Assembly (NCBI GenBank): GCA_030141605.1 | Contig: JAQGDQ010002393.1 | Span: 1-64,000, forward strand | Direction: 5' to 3' | Length of the DNA: 64,000 nt | Source of the DNA: Tubiluchus corallicola | Lineage: Eukaryota; Animalia; Priapulida | Part shown: positions 1 through 8,649 of the stretch, piece after piece | Layout of the letters: every line of letters starts with the position of its first letter | Position numbering within the stretch: position 1 is the first letter of the stretch | Notes under the pieces: model-generated | Told to the model about the DNA's origin: nothing | Database searches by the model: none | What the model saw: only the letters and a program-made list of their open reading frames with translations | Translations under genes and position numbers: made by a program

Positions 1-34
1 CGAGTATAATAGCCTTTGTAAAGCATAAGAAACA

Positions 35-475
35 ATGAACAGCAGGTTTGCATTTCTTGTATTAATGGTGTTAAGTGCTTGCACCGTGGCACCCAGAAAA
101 ATTGACTATGGGAAAGATCAGTGTTGGTTTTGTAAAATGACTATTGTAGATAGGCAGTACGCAGCTGAAATAGTAACCCAAAAAGGAAAAGTATACAAGT
201 ATGATGCCGTTGAATGTATGCTCAATTATATGAAAAATGAAAATACAGATGAATCTACTTTATCGTATATATTGGTGAATGATTATAATAAACCTTCAGA
301 GTTGATAAAGGCTCAAACATCGTACTATTTAATAAGTAAAGCCTTGCCCAGCCCTATGGGTGCCTACTTAACAGCTTTAAAAAACAAACAGGAAGCAGAA
401 AAAATGAGACAAAAAAAAGGCGGAGAAATATATGATTGGAAAAGTATAAAAAACAAATTTGGAGCAAAGAAGTGA
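35..475 (+). CDS. nosL: NosL-family copper-binding lipoprotein (nitrous oxide reductase accessory)
   Basis: Lipobox LSAC, CxxCxM motif (CWFCKM), DAVECM and SPMG motifs typical of NosL. Confidence 0.85.
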   Translation: MNSRFAFLVLMVLSACTVAPRKIDYGKDQCWFCKMTIVDRQYAAEIVTQKGKVYKYDAVECMLNYMKNENTDESTLSYILVNDYNKPSELIKAQTSYYLISKALPSPMGAYLTALKNKQEAEKMRQKKGGEIYDWKSIKNKFGAKK

Positions 476-530
476 AGTTTGCACATACTATTTATGTACT
501 TGAAAGGTGGCAATTATTAGCTGTATAAAT

Positions 531-569
531 TTTAAAAATCAATGAAACTAAATTTCATTGATTTTTAAA
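531..569. terminator. Inverted repeat, probable terminator after nosL
   Basis: tttaaaaatcaatgaaa-ctaaa-tttcattgatttttaaa, 17-bp perfect stem. Confidence 0.55.
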
Positions 570-739
570 GATTAAAGAAAGAAGAATTAAAAGTGCCTAA
601 AATTGCAGAATGACTATTCAGACGCTTTTTAACAAAAACAAACCAGTATATTATCAATAGGTAGAAAATAGTATATAATAACATTTTGATAATACATAAT
701 AATTACCAAAGCAACATTAACATTATTCTAACAATAGAA

Positions 740-795
740 TTAATGAGCTTCTAACCAATTATTGCCCACGCCCATTTCTACTGTGAGAGGTATTG
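740..795 (-). repeat. Displaced copy of the polA 3' end (att-like direct repeat of 2126-2181)
   Basis: 56 bp identical to 2126-2181 except 2 nt in one Leu codon (TTA vs CTG); both copies encode IPLTVEMGVGNNWLEAH*. Confidence 0.92.
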
Positions 796-960
796 CCTTG
801 TACTAATACAACTGTTATTATTTTTTCGTTGTTTTTTCTTTTCTCTTTGCGATAATGCACTACCTGCAATAGATTTTTTTGACCTTTTACTTGTTCTTTT
901 ATCTCTTAATACTTTAGATGCCTTTGTGGCTACTTTTTTACTAGTTGTTTTTTTTGCCAT
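778..960 (-). CDS. Small, very basic hypothetical protein (true end may be near 815)
   Basis: MAKKTTSKKVATKASKVLRDKRTSK...SIAGSALSQR; tandem TAA TAA lies one base out of frame after an A-run; as assembled the ORF runs into the att repeat. Confidence 0.6.
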   Translation of the reverse strand: MAKKTTSKKVATKASKVLRDKRTSKRSKKSIAGSALSQREKKKQRKNNNSCISTRQYLSQ

Positions 961-994
961 TTTATATATTATTTTAGAAATTTAATTTACAATA

Positions 995-1027
995 TAAAAA
1001 ACTGTGGTGCAGAATATCTGCACCACA
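995..1027 (-). terminator. Intrinsic terminator after the HNH gene
   Basis: tgtggtgcaga/tctgcaccaca stem followed by a T-run on the minus strand. Confidence 0.75.
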
Positions 1028-1044
1028 ATGAAATAAAACTCAAA

Positions 1045-1332
1045 CTAACTTGTAACTTTACAGTAACGTTCAGCAGGATAATCATCACCTTTACTGCGAT
1101 TATTTTCCCATTGTAATGGTTGTAAATTATCCAAGTTATCTGAGCCTCCTTTGGAAATGGGTATTATATGGTCAATTTCCCAACCATGTTGAGAATTAGT
1201 ATCCCCGTAGTCGCTTCTATACATAGTTGCACCACAGATGTCTTTTCTCCAATAATCAGGATCTTTACCACTTATAATACGACCTTTTTCCCAAACTGCT
1301 TGTTCAGTTTTTTCTATAAAATTTAAAAACAT
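1045..1332 (-). CDS. Stand-alone HNH endonuclease
   Basis: WEIDHIIPISKGGSDNLDNLQPLQWENNRSK is a canonical HNH motif. Confidence 0.9.
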   Translation of the reverse strand: MFLNFIEKTEQAVWEKGRIISGKDPDYWRKDICGATMYRSDYGDTNSQHGWEIDHIIPISKGGSDNLDNLQPLQWENNRSKGDDYPAERYCKVTS

Positions 1333-1405
1333 AATTATAAAATTTATAAAATTAAATATTATTTATAGGGATAATATTTACCCTCCCCAATAAGTGTAAA
1401 AAAAA

Positions 1406-1437
1406 CTTGCATTAAAGCAAAATTCTTTTTACTTTTG
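1406..1437 (+). promoter_or_regulatory. Bacteroidota housekeeping promoter (-33/-7)
   Basis: TTG at 1407-1409 and TACTTTTG (TAnnTTTG) at 1430-1437, ~20 nt apart. Confidence 0.6.
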
Positions 1438-1442
1438 TAAAA

Positions 1443-1555
1443 GATAAAAGCCAATAATTATACAGGTGCAACATTCCTGTAATTGTCTGCTCAGACATAT
1501 ATTACTTTTATCATTTTTAAACGGATATTGTGGGGACAATATCCGTTTTTGTTTT
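1443..1555 (+). ncRNA. Candidate structured small RNA with intrinsic terminator
   Basis: Closing stem gataaaag(1443-50)/cttttatc(1505-12) encloses hairpins tacagg/cctgta and tgtct/agaca; then a 13-bp terminator stem 1519-1548 plus T-tract; promoter directly upstream. Confidence 0.55.
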
Positions 1556-1937
1556 ATCCTTGTTGCTTCTTTCTTACCTCCCTTTTTATTAATTTGTATA
1601 TTGGTAGTTGTTCAAACTTCTCTTCTGTTTTTACCACATCAAATATTATCCTGTTGTTCCTGTAATCCAGTCCCATATTGTCAAACATCTCTTTTGTTCT
1701 TAAGTAGTAATAATTTCCTGCTTTATGAATTTTAAAAGCACTTTTCCTCTCATTTTCAAATACAATAATATAAAAATTATCATTATCCTCTTCTGTCTTC
1801 GCAAATTGCACGCTTTTTCCTGTATTGATATTTAATATATTAATAGCATTTTCAGAAAAACCTAATCTTCCATTTTTATGTATAGTTAATTTTATATTAC
1901 TTACAAACTTTCCTGCATCTATAAATTTCAAATCCAT
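1554..1937 (-). CDS. Hypothetical protein (127 aa)
   Basis: Intact ORF with TATATTTG promoter-like box ~30 nt upstream (1966-1973, minus); no family recognised. Confidence 0.7.
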   Translation of the reverse strand: MDLKFIDAGKFVSNIKLTIHKNGRLGFSENAINILNINTGKSVQFAKTEEDNDNFYIIVFENERKSAFKIHKAGNYYYLRTKEMFDNMGLDYRNNRIIFDVVKTEEKFEQLPIYKLIKREVRKKQQG

Positions 1938-2125
1938 AAAACACTTAATTTAAATAAATAGAGACCAAATATAATGCAATAATTTTAAAAAAACAAATTT
2001 ATTTTTATTTTGTGTGATAAAAATAAATTGCATGTAAGAGACTATGCAAATAAAGAGATGTAAAAAAGCATCTTTGAAAAATATTGTAAAAAAGTAAAAG
2101 GGATTAGTAAAAAAAGAAGAAATTT

Positions 2126-4951
2126 TTAATGAGCTTCCAGCCAATTATTGCCCACGCCCATTTCTACTGTGAGAGGTATTGGCAGCTGTATAGCATTCTC
2201 CATCTCCTTTTTTACTATTTCTTTTACAGTAGCTAATTCTGTTTTTAGTGTATCAAAGTTCAGTTCATCGTGAACTTGTAGTATCATTTTACTTTGTAGG
2301 TTTTCTTCCTGAAAACGACGGTGTATGTTTATCATTGCTATTTTGATAGTGTCTGCTGCCGATCCTTGCACTGGTGCATTTATGGCGTTGCGTTCGGCAT
2401 TACCTCTTACAATAGCATTGCGCGAGTTGATGTCTTTTAGATAACGCTTGCGATCTTTTATTGTCTTTACATATCCTTGTTCGCGGGCAAAGGCAATATT
2501 ATTATTCATATATTCTTTAATATGTGGGTAGGTCTTAAAATAATTGTCTATCAATTCCTTTGCCTCTTTACGTGGAATGTTCAACCGTTGCGACAAGCCA
2601 AATGCAGAAATACCATAAATAATACCAAAGTTTGCTACTTTAGCGTATCTTCGCATCTCAGCAGTTACCTCCTGTTTTGTTACACCAAATACTTTGGCTG
2701 CTGTGGTCGTGTGTATGTCTTCTTTATTGTTGAAAGCCTGTATCATATCTGTATCTTTGCTTAGGGCTGCAATAAGGCGAAGTTCTATTTGTGAATAATC
2801 AGCTGATAAAAAAACGTGAGTATTATCAATAGGGACAAAAGCCTTACGTATTTCTCTACCTTGTGCGGTACGTATAGGTATGTTTTGCAAGTTAGGGTGG
2901 TTGGAAGACAGCCTACCCGTAGCAGCTACAGTTTGATTAAATGAGGTGTGTATCCTTCCTGTTTTTGGGTTAATCAACTTGGGAAGAGCTTCTACATAGG
3001 TAGAAAGTAGTTTGGTAAGCGAACGAAATTCTAATATTTTATCAATGATAGGGTGCTTGCTTCTCAACTTTACAAGTGTTTCTTCACTGGTAGAGTATTG
3101 CCCTGTTTTGGTTCTTTTGGCGTTAGGGTCTATTTGCATTTTGTCGAACAATATATCTCCCAACTGTTTTGGAGAAGCAATATTAAACTCCACATTGTCT
3201 CCTGCCATCTTATATATTTCCTGTTTTATCTGTTGGCTTAATTCTTGTAGTTGCTTGGCGTATTCCTCTAGCTCATAGGTATCTATTTTTACTCCCGTAT
3301 ATTCCATTTCGGCCAGTACGTTGATAAGTGGTCCCTCTATTTCCTCATAGAGCTTCAAGGTACCGCTTTCTTGTAGCTGTTTGTATAATATTTCTTTCAG
3401 TTGCCAAGTAATGTCTGCATCCTCACAGGCATAGTCAGAGACTTTTTCAGGAGAAACATCTCTCATACTACCTTGATTTTTACCTTTTTTACCTATCAGG
3501 GTTTCGATAGAGATAGGTGTATAGTTCAGGTAGGTTTGAGCCAAGTAGTCCATACCGTGTTTTAGCTCGGGCTGAAGTATGTAATGAGCCAGCATTGTAT
3601 CAAACAATTTACCTTTTACTTTTATGTCGTACCATTTTAGGACAAGTATATCATATTTAATGTTTTGTCCTATTTTCAAAATACTTTCATCTTCAAAAAC
3701 ATTTTTGAACTCTACAGCTATTTTTTTTGCCTCTACGGTGTCGGCAGGAATAGGTATATAGTAAGCCTCTCCTTTTTTAAAAGAGAAGGATAAGCCTACA
3801 AGTTCAGAGTTATTTGGGTCTAAGCCCGTAGTTTCTGTGTCAAAACAAAATTCTTTCTGTGCAGAAAGCTCAGTGAGCAAATTGGCTCGTTTTGTTTTAG
3901 TATCTACAAGATGATATTTGTGCGAGGTAGTTGTTATTGTTTCCCTTGTTGCAGTGTCATCTGTTTCTTTGCTTGGCGTAGTGGGTTGTGGTGTAGGTGT
4001 AGAACTTCCAAACAATGTGCCTTGCAAGGGAGGGGAGGCGTTTTTTAGGGTAGTGCTTGCAGCTGTTTGTTTGTGTAGTATTTTTTTTGTGAGTGCCTGA
4101 AACTCTAATTCATCAAATACTTTTTCTAATGTTTCAATGTTTTTGTCTTTCAGTTTTAAATCGTCTATTTTTAGGGTAAGCGGCACATCTGTTTTTATTG
4201 TTACCAGCTTGTAGGAAGTTTTTATCTGCTCTATATTATTAATAATATTTTCTTGTTGTTTGCCTTTTAGTTGGTTTGTGTTGGCAATAAGGTTTTCTAC
4301 ACTTTTGAACTGGGCTATAAGTTTTTTTGCCGTTTTTTCACCTATTCCCGGGCATCCCGGAACGTTGTCGGAACTATCTCCCCACAATGCAAGTATATCT
4401 ATTACCTGTTTGGTGTCTTCTATTTCAAACTGTTGTTTTACTTCCTCTACCCCCAGTATTTCTTCCGTTTTGTTAGCACCTCTACGAGGTTTATACATCA
4501 ATATTTTGTCAGTTACCAGTTGAGTATAATCCTTATCAGGGGTCATCATATAAGTGGTATAGCCTTCTTTTTCTGCTTGTAATGCAAGTGTTCCTATGGT
4601 GTCGTCAGCTTCGTATTCGGGTATTTCTACAATGGGTATATTATAGCCTTCTACAATTTGTTTAATGTAGGGTATTGCACTTCTGATATCTTCGGGTGTT
4701 TCTTCACGTTGTGCTTTGTAGGGTTTATAGATTTTGTGGCGGAATGTAGGCCCCGGAGGGTCAAATACTACGGCAATGTGTGTGGGTTGCTCCTTCTCTA
4801 TTATCTCGTTGAGGGTGTTGGTAAAGCCAAAGATAGCCGATGTATTTTGCCCCTTAGAGTTATAGCGTGGGTTCTTTATAAAGGCATAATAAGCCCGATA
4901 AATAAGAGCATAAGCATCCAGCAGAAATAGTTTCTTTTCGTTGGTGGTCAT
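2126..4951 (-). CDS. polA: DNA polymerase I
   Basis: 5'-3' exonuclease (LLDAYALIYR, EADD), 3'-5' exonuclease (FDTETT), polymerase motifs DYSQIELR, NFGIIYG, LQVHDEL. Confidence 0.99.
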   Translation of the reverse strand: MTTNEKKLFLLDAYALIYRAYYAFIKNPRYNSKGQNTSAIFGFTNTLNEIIEKEQPTHIAVVFDPPGPTFRHKIYKPYKAQREETPEDIRSAIPYIKQIVEGYNIPIVEIPEYEADDTIGTLALQAEKEGYTTYMMTPDKDYTQLVTDKILMYKPRRGANKTEEILGVEEVKQQFEIEDTKQVIDILALWGDSSDNVPGCPGIGEKTAKKLIAQFKSVENLIANTNQLKGKQQENIINNIEQIKTSYKLVTIKTDVPLTLKIDDLKLKDKNIETLEKVFDELEFQALTKKILHKQTAASTTLKNASPPLQGTLFGSSTPTPQPTTPSKETDDTATRETITTTSHKYHLVDTKTKRANLLTELSAQKEFCFDTETTGLDPNNSELVGLSFSFKKGEAYYIPIPADTVEAKKIAVEFKNVFEDESILKIGQNIKYDILVLKWYDIKVKGKLFDTMLAHYILQPELKHGMDYLAQTYLNYTPISIETLIGKKGKNQGSMRDVSPEKVSDYACEDADITWQLKEILYKQLQESGTLKLYEEIEGPLINVLAEMEYTGVKIDTYELEEYAKQLQELSQQIKQEIYKMAGDNVEFNIASPKQLGDILFDKMQIDPNAKRTKTGQYSTSEETLVKLRSKHPIIDKILEFRSLTKLLSTYVEALPKLINPKTGRIHTSFNQTVAATGRLSSNHPNLQNIPIRTAQGREIRKAFVPIDNTHVFLSADYSQIELRLIAALSKDTDMIQAFNNKEDIHTTTAAKVFGVTKQEVTAEMRRYAKVANFGIIYGISAFGLSQRLNIPRKEAKELIDNYFKTYPHIKEYMNNNIAFAREQGYVKTIKDRKRYLKDINSRNAIVRGNAERNAINAPVQGSAADTIKIAMINIHRRFQEENLQSKMILQVHDELNFDTLKTELATVKEIVKKEMENAIQLPIPLTVEMGVGNNWLEAH

Positions 4952-4957
4952 TGTTTA

Positions 4958-5158
4958 TTATTTTTGTATTTTCTTTATCCATTGTTCAAAACGAGAACAT
5001 TTTTGTAGTAGGATTTCTATTCCTGCTTCCATAAAAAACTGTATAAGATTGGTTTTGCCTGCTCCGTTACCTCCTATGAGCAGGTTGATAGGTTTTAACT
5101 GTATTGTCTGTTTTTTTATAGACTTGAAATTCTCTATTTCTATCCTGTCTATGGGCAT
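4958..5158 (-). pseudogene. Truncated ABC/AAA ATPase (N-terminal fragment only)
   Basis: IEIENFKSI...NLLIGGNGAGKTN Walker A, ORF ends at 66 aa with no Walker B. Confidence 0.7.
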
Positions 5159-5366
5159 AATTTATACTTATGTAACGTTATCTACAAAAGTAGCGGTTTT
5201 AGCAATATTAACAAGTATTTTAATTTGGCAATATTTTAATTTAATAATGTTTTGTTACTTTTTACTTGTAATTTTTAATTTGAACCAAGTATAAAGCCTT
5301 TATAATAATGGAAGTGAGTGAATGCAAAAAGTTAGTTGTTAATACTTTTGATTATATGTAATTAAT

Positions 5367-5414
5367 CATATTTTGAATTAGTTTTACCTATATTTTAAGT
5401 TAGTTTTACCTATA
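5367..5414 (+). promoter_or_regulatory. 11/22-bp periodic direct repeats upstream of porin (candidate response-regulator box)
   Basis: ttagttttacctata at 5378-5392 and 5400-5414. Confidence 0.45.
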
Positions 5415-5483
5415 CTTTTTTCATAAGGGCTATGTTTGCAACGTGATAAAAAAAGAATATTAACTGTTTATAAAATTGTAATA

Positions 5484-6743
5484 ATGAAATTTTTATTAAA
5501 ACAAATGGGTTTAGCACTATTAGTATTATCTGCTAATAATAGTATTAATGCCCAAGAACAGGATACCCCCCTTGCACCTACTTCTGTAAAAACAGACAAC
5601 TCAAATGCTTGGTACAATAAGATTAAAATAGGTGGTTATATGCAGTTTCGTTATAACGATTTATACAAGACCAATGCTGATATGGAATCTTCGCAAGGAG
5701 ATCGTACTTATGGAGGCTATGATGGTTTTTCCATTCGGAGGATGCGTATGAAGATACAAGGACAAATACATCCGAGAGTGTTCTTTTATTTTCAACCTGA
5801 TTTTGCCTCTGATGGTAGAAATTTGGGGCAATTACGCGATGCTTATTTTGACTTATATCTTGATGAAGGAGGAACTTTTCGCATTCGGGCAGGACAAAGT
5901 AAAGTGCCTTTTGGTTTTGAGAATCTACAATCTTCCCAAAATAGGCTGGGACTTGATAGGGACGACCCTATTAACAGTGCTTTTAAAGATGAGCGAGACT
6001 TGGGAATAGGTCTATACTGGGCTTCCAAAGAAATTAGGGAACGTTTTAAATTTCTTACAAAAAGTGGGCTAAAAGGTAGTGGCGATTATGGTGCATTGTC
6101 TCTTTATGTGTTCAACGGACAAAAAGCTAACGAGTTAGTTCCTGATGTAGATAAATTGCATCATATTGTTTTAAGGGCTACTTATCCTTTCAAACTTACT
6201 TCGGGGCAATTCATTGAGGCTTCCTTGCAAGCTTATACGGGGAAGCACGTTACAAAAGTTGTAGAAGATAATATTTTTGTAAAAGATGAGTTGGATGCAG
6301 AAGGTAACCCTATTCCGGCAAGAGACCATCCTTTTAGAGATAAACGCATAGCAGCTAGTTTTATATACTATCCACAACCTTTTGGTTTTCAAGGGGAGGT
6401 AGTCTATGGCGAAGGTCCTGAATACCAGCCTAGTACTAATACTATAGGAGTGCAAGAACTAATAGGGGGGTATGTCCAACTAATGTATATGGCAAAGGTG
6501 AATGACCATATAATTACTCCTTTTACCCGTTGGCAATATTATGATGGGGGTAAGAAATTTGAACAAGATGCGAGGTCTTATACTGTAAAAGAAGCAGAGA
6601 TAGGAGTGGAGTGGCAACCAATAAAAGCTTTTGAACTGACAGTGATGTATGTGGTTGCAGACAGACGAGCAGAAGACTCTTTCAAACGAGACAATTTGCA
6701 AAATGGGCAGCTGATAAGAATACAACTACAAGTGAACTATTAG
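5484..6743 (+). CDS. OprO/OprP-like phosphate-selective porin
   Basis: Signal peptide, GGYMQFRY, FSIRRMR, LRDAYFD, GQSKVPFG, C-terminal beta-strand ending in Tyr. Confidence 0.8.
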   Translation: MKFLLKQMGLALLVLSANNSINAQEQDTPLAPTSVKTDNSNAWYNKIKIGGYMQFRYNDLYKTNADMESSQGDRTYGGYDGFSIRRMRMKIQGQIHPRVFFYFQPDFASDGRNLGQLRDAYFDLYLDEGGTFRIRAGQSKVPFGFENLQSSQNRLGLDRDDPINSAFKDERDLGIGLYWASKEIRERFKFLTKSGLKGSGDYGALSLYVFNGQKANELVPDVDKLHHIVLRATYPFKLTSGQFIEASLQAYTGKHVTKVVEDNIFVKDELDAEGNPIPARDHPFRDKRIAASFIYYPQPFGFQGEVVYGEGPEYQPSTNTIGVQELIGGYVQLMYMAKVNDHIITPFTRWQYYDGGKKFEQDARSYTVKEAEIGVEWQPIKAFELTVMYVVADRRAEDSFKRDNLQNGQLIRIQLQVNY

Positions 6744-6787
6744 GTAATGTATTAGCAGTTGATGGCAAGTAGTATGTCATAGTTGCC

Positions 6788-6889
6788 AAAGTAGGTATCT
6801 TATGTATTTTTAAGACTCCTGATATTTTGCTGTTGCAAAGTTCAGGGATAACACTAATATTGTGTATTAATTTTCTGTCAATAGGTAAT
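6788..6889 (-). repeat. Dispersed ~100-bp intergenic repeat (inverted relative to 49841-49940)
   Basis: Reverse complement aligns with 49841-49940 (gcaaaatatcagga.tcttaaaa..cataagatacct.cttt). Confidence 0.8.
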
Positions 6890-7000
6890 ACATTATCATA
6901 AATTTTATATATTTGGTTTTTCAAAATGATGCTGTTTTTTTGAATTAAAAGAATAATAATTATATACAGTCAAAATATTGTTTAATTATCAAATTAACTT

Positions 7001-8395
7001 ATGGAATATAGGATAGAAAGAGACACAATGGGTGAGGTGAAAGTTCCCAAAGAAAAGTATTGGGGGGCACAAACTCAACGTTCTAGAGAGAATTTTAAAA
7101 TAGGTAATGCTGCTTCTATGCCAATGGAGATTATTTACGCTTTTGGCTACCTTAAAAAAGCAGCTGCTTATACGAACACTGAGCTTAAAGTGTTATCAAA
7201 AGAAAAAAGAGATTTGATAGCACAAGTTTGTGATGAAATTATAGCAGGGGAGTTGGACGAACAGTTTCCGTTGGTAATATGGCAAACAGGTTCTGGAACA
7301 CAGTCTAATATGAATGTAAACGAGGTAGTAGCTAACCGTTCTCACGTGTTAGTAGGAAACAACTTAGGTGAGGGCAAAACAGATATTCACCCCAATGATG
7401 ATGTAAATAAATCGCAATCGTCTAACGATACATTCCCTACTGCAATGCATATTGCTGCATATAAAATGATTGTGGAGACGACCATACCTTCTGTAAAGCT
7501 GTTGAGAGACACACTAAACAAAAAAGCAGAAAAGTTTAAAGATGTGGTGAAAATAGGTAGAACGCATTGGATGGATGCTACGCCTCTTACTTTGGGACAG
7601 GAGCTTTCGGGCTATGTGTCTCAGTTAGATCACGGATTGAAAGCGTTAAATAACACCTTGTCCCATCTATCAGAATTAGCCTTGGGAGGAACAGCAGTAG
7701 GTACGGGGTTGAATACACCTAAGGGATATGCTGATAAAGTGGCAAAATATATTGCTGAGTTTACAAAACTTCCTTTTGTATCAGCAGAGAATAAATTTGA
7801 GTCGTTAGCAGCTCACGATGCTATTGTCGAAACGCACGGTGCGTTGAAACTTCTGGCAGTAAGTTTGATGAAAATAGCAAATGATATTCGTCTAATGGCA
7901 TCAGGACCTCGTTCAGGAATAGGAGAAATACTAATCCCTGAAAACGAACCGGGTTCTTCTATTATGCCGGGCAAGGTAAACCCTACGCAGATAGAAGCCC
8001 TCACAATGGTATGTACACAAGTACTGGGTAATGATGTGGCTATCAACATAGGAGGTACTAACGGACATTTTGAGTTGAATGTATTTAAACCTGTTATGAT
8101 TGCTAACTTTTTGCAATCGGCTCGTTTGTTGGGAGATGCTTGTGTATCATTAAACAATAATTGTGCCGTAGGTATAGAGCCTAACACAAAAAGGATACAG
8201 GAGCATTTGGAGAACTCCCTAATGTTAGTTACTTCGCTTAACACTTATATAGGCTATGAAAAAGCAGCCGAAATTGCAAAAAAGGCTTACAAGGAAAATA
8301 CTACCTTGCGAGATGCAGCTTTAAAGTTAGGCTATGTAACGGATGAAGAGTTTAATAAGTGGGTAGACCCCAAAAAGATGATAGGGTCGTTCTAA
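7001..8395 (+). CDS. fumC: Class II fumarate hydratase
   Basis: [11 protein letters not shown] and [11 protein letters not shown] signatures. Confidence 0.98.
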   Translation: MEYRIERDTMGEVKVPKEKYWGAQTQRSRENFKIGNAASMPMEIIYAFGYLKKAAAYTNTELKVLSKEKRDLIAQVCDEIIAGELDEQFPLVIWQTGSGTQSNMNVNEVVANRSHVLVGNNLGEGKTDIHPNDDVNKSQSSNDTFPTAMHIAAYKMIVETTIPSVKLLRDTLNKKAEKFKDVVKIGRTHWMDATPLTLGQELSGYVSQLDHGLKALNNTLSHLSELALGGTAVGTGLNTPKGYADKVAKYIAEFTKLPFVSAENKFESLAAHDAIVETHGALKLLAVSLMKIANDIRLMASGPRSGIGEILIPENEPGSSIMPGKVNPTQIEALTMVCTQVLGNDVAINIGGTNGHFELNVFKPVMIANFLQSARLLGDACVSLNNNCAVGIEPNTKRIQEHLENSLMLVTSLNTYIGYEKAAEIAKKAYKENTTLRDAALKLGYVTDEEFNKWVDPKKMIGSF

Positions 8396-8442
8396 ATATG
8401 CGTATGTAATTAGAATGAAATATTTTTTGTTGCTTTCTATTT

Positions 8443-8485
8443 AGATTTATGGGCTAACAGTTGTTAGCCCATAAATCTTTTTTTT
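8443..8485 (+). terminator. Intrinsic terminator after fumC
   Basis: agatttatgggctaaca/tgttagcccataaatct stem plus T-run. Confidence 0.85.
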
Positions 8486-8649
8486 ATGTAAGTTCTAATT
8501 TATATTAATAATCAGCAAAAGGAATTGTACAGAAGTTTAATACGAAATGTGCAAAAAAACAGCTGCTATTTTTCAGATGGTTGTAGCTGACTTATTGTAG
8601 CTCTTTTAAAGTATAATTGATTGCTAAGATTTCTGTTATTCTTAGTACC

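Larger units (their letters stand above)
740..2181. mobile_element. Small integrase-less island inserted at the polA 3' end
   Basis: Bounded by the 56-bp polA duplication; more AT-rich than polA; cargo is HNH, two hypothetical proteins and a structured intergenic RNA. Confidence 0.7.

Noticed and set aside
1045-1555. IscB/HEARO, Cas9-like or retron interpretation of HNH plus RNA
   Set aside because: The HNH is only 95 aa with no RuvC or bridge helix, the RNA is short and on the opposite strand, and there is no reverse transcriptase or CRISPR array in the window.
1466-1735. Plus-strand ORFs 1466-1735 and 1483-1665
   Set aside because: They cross a strong terminator and are antisense shadows of the 127-aa gene.
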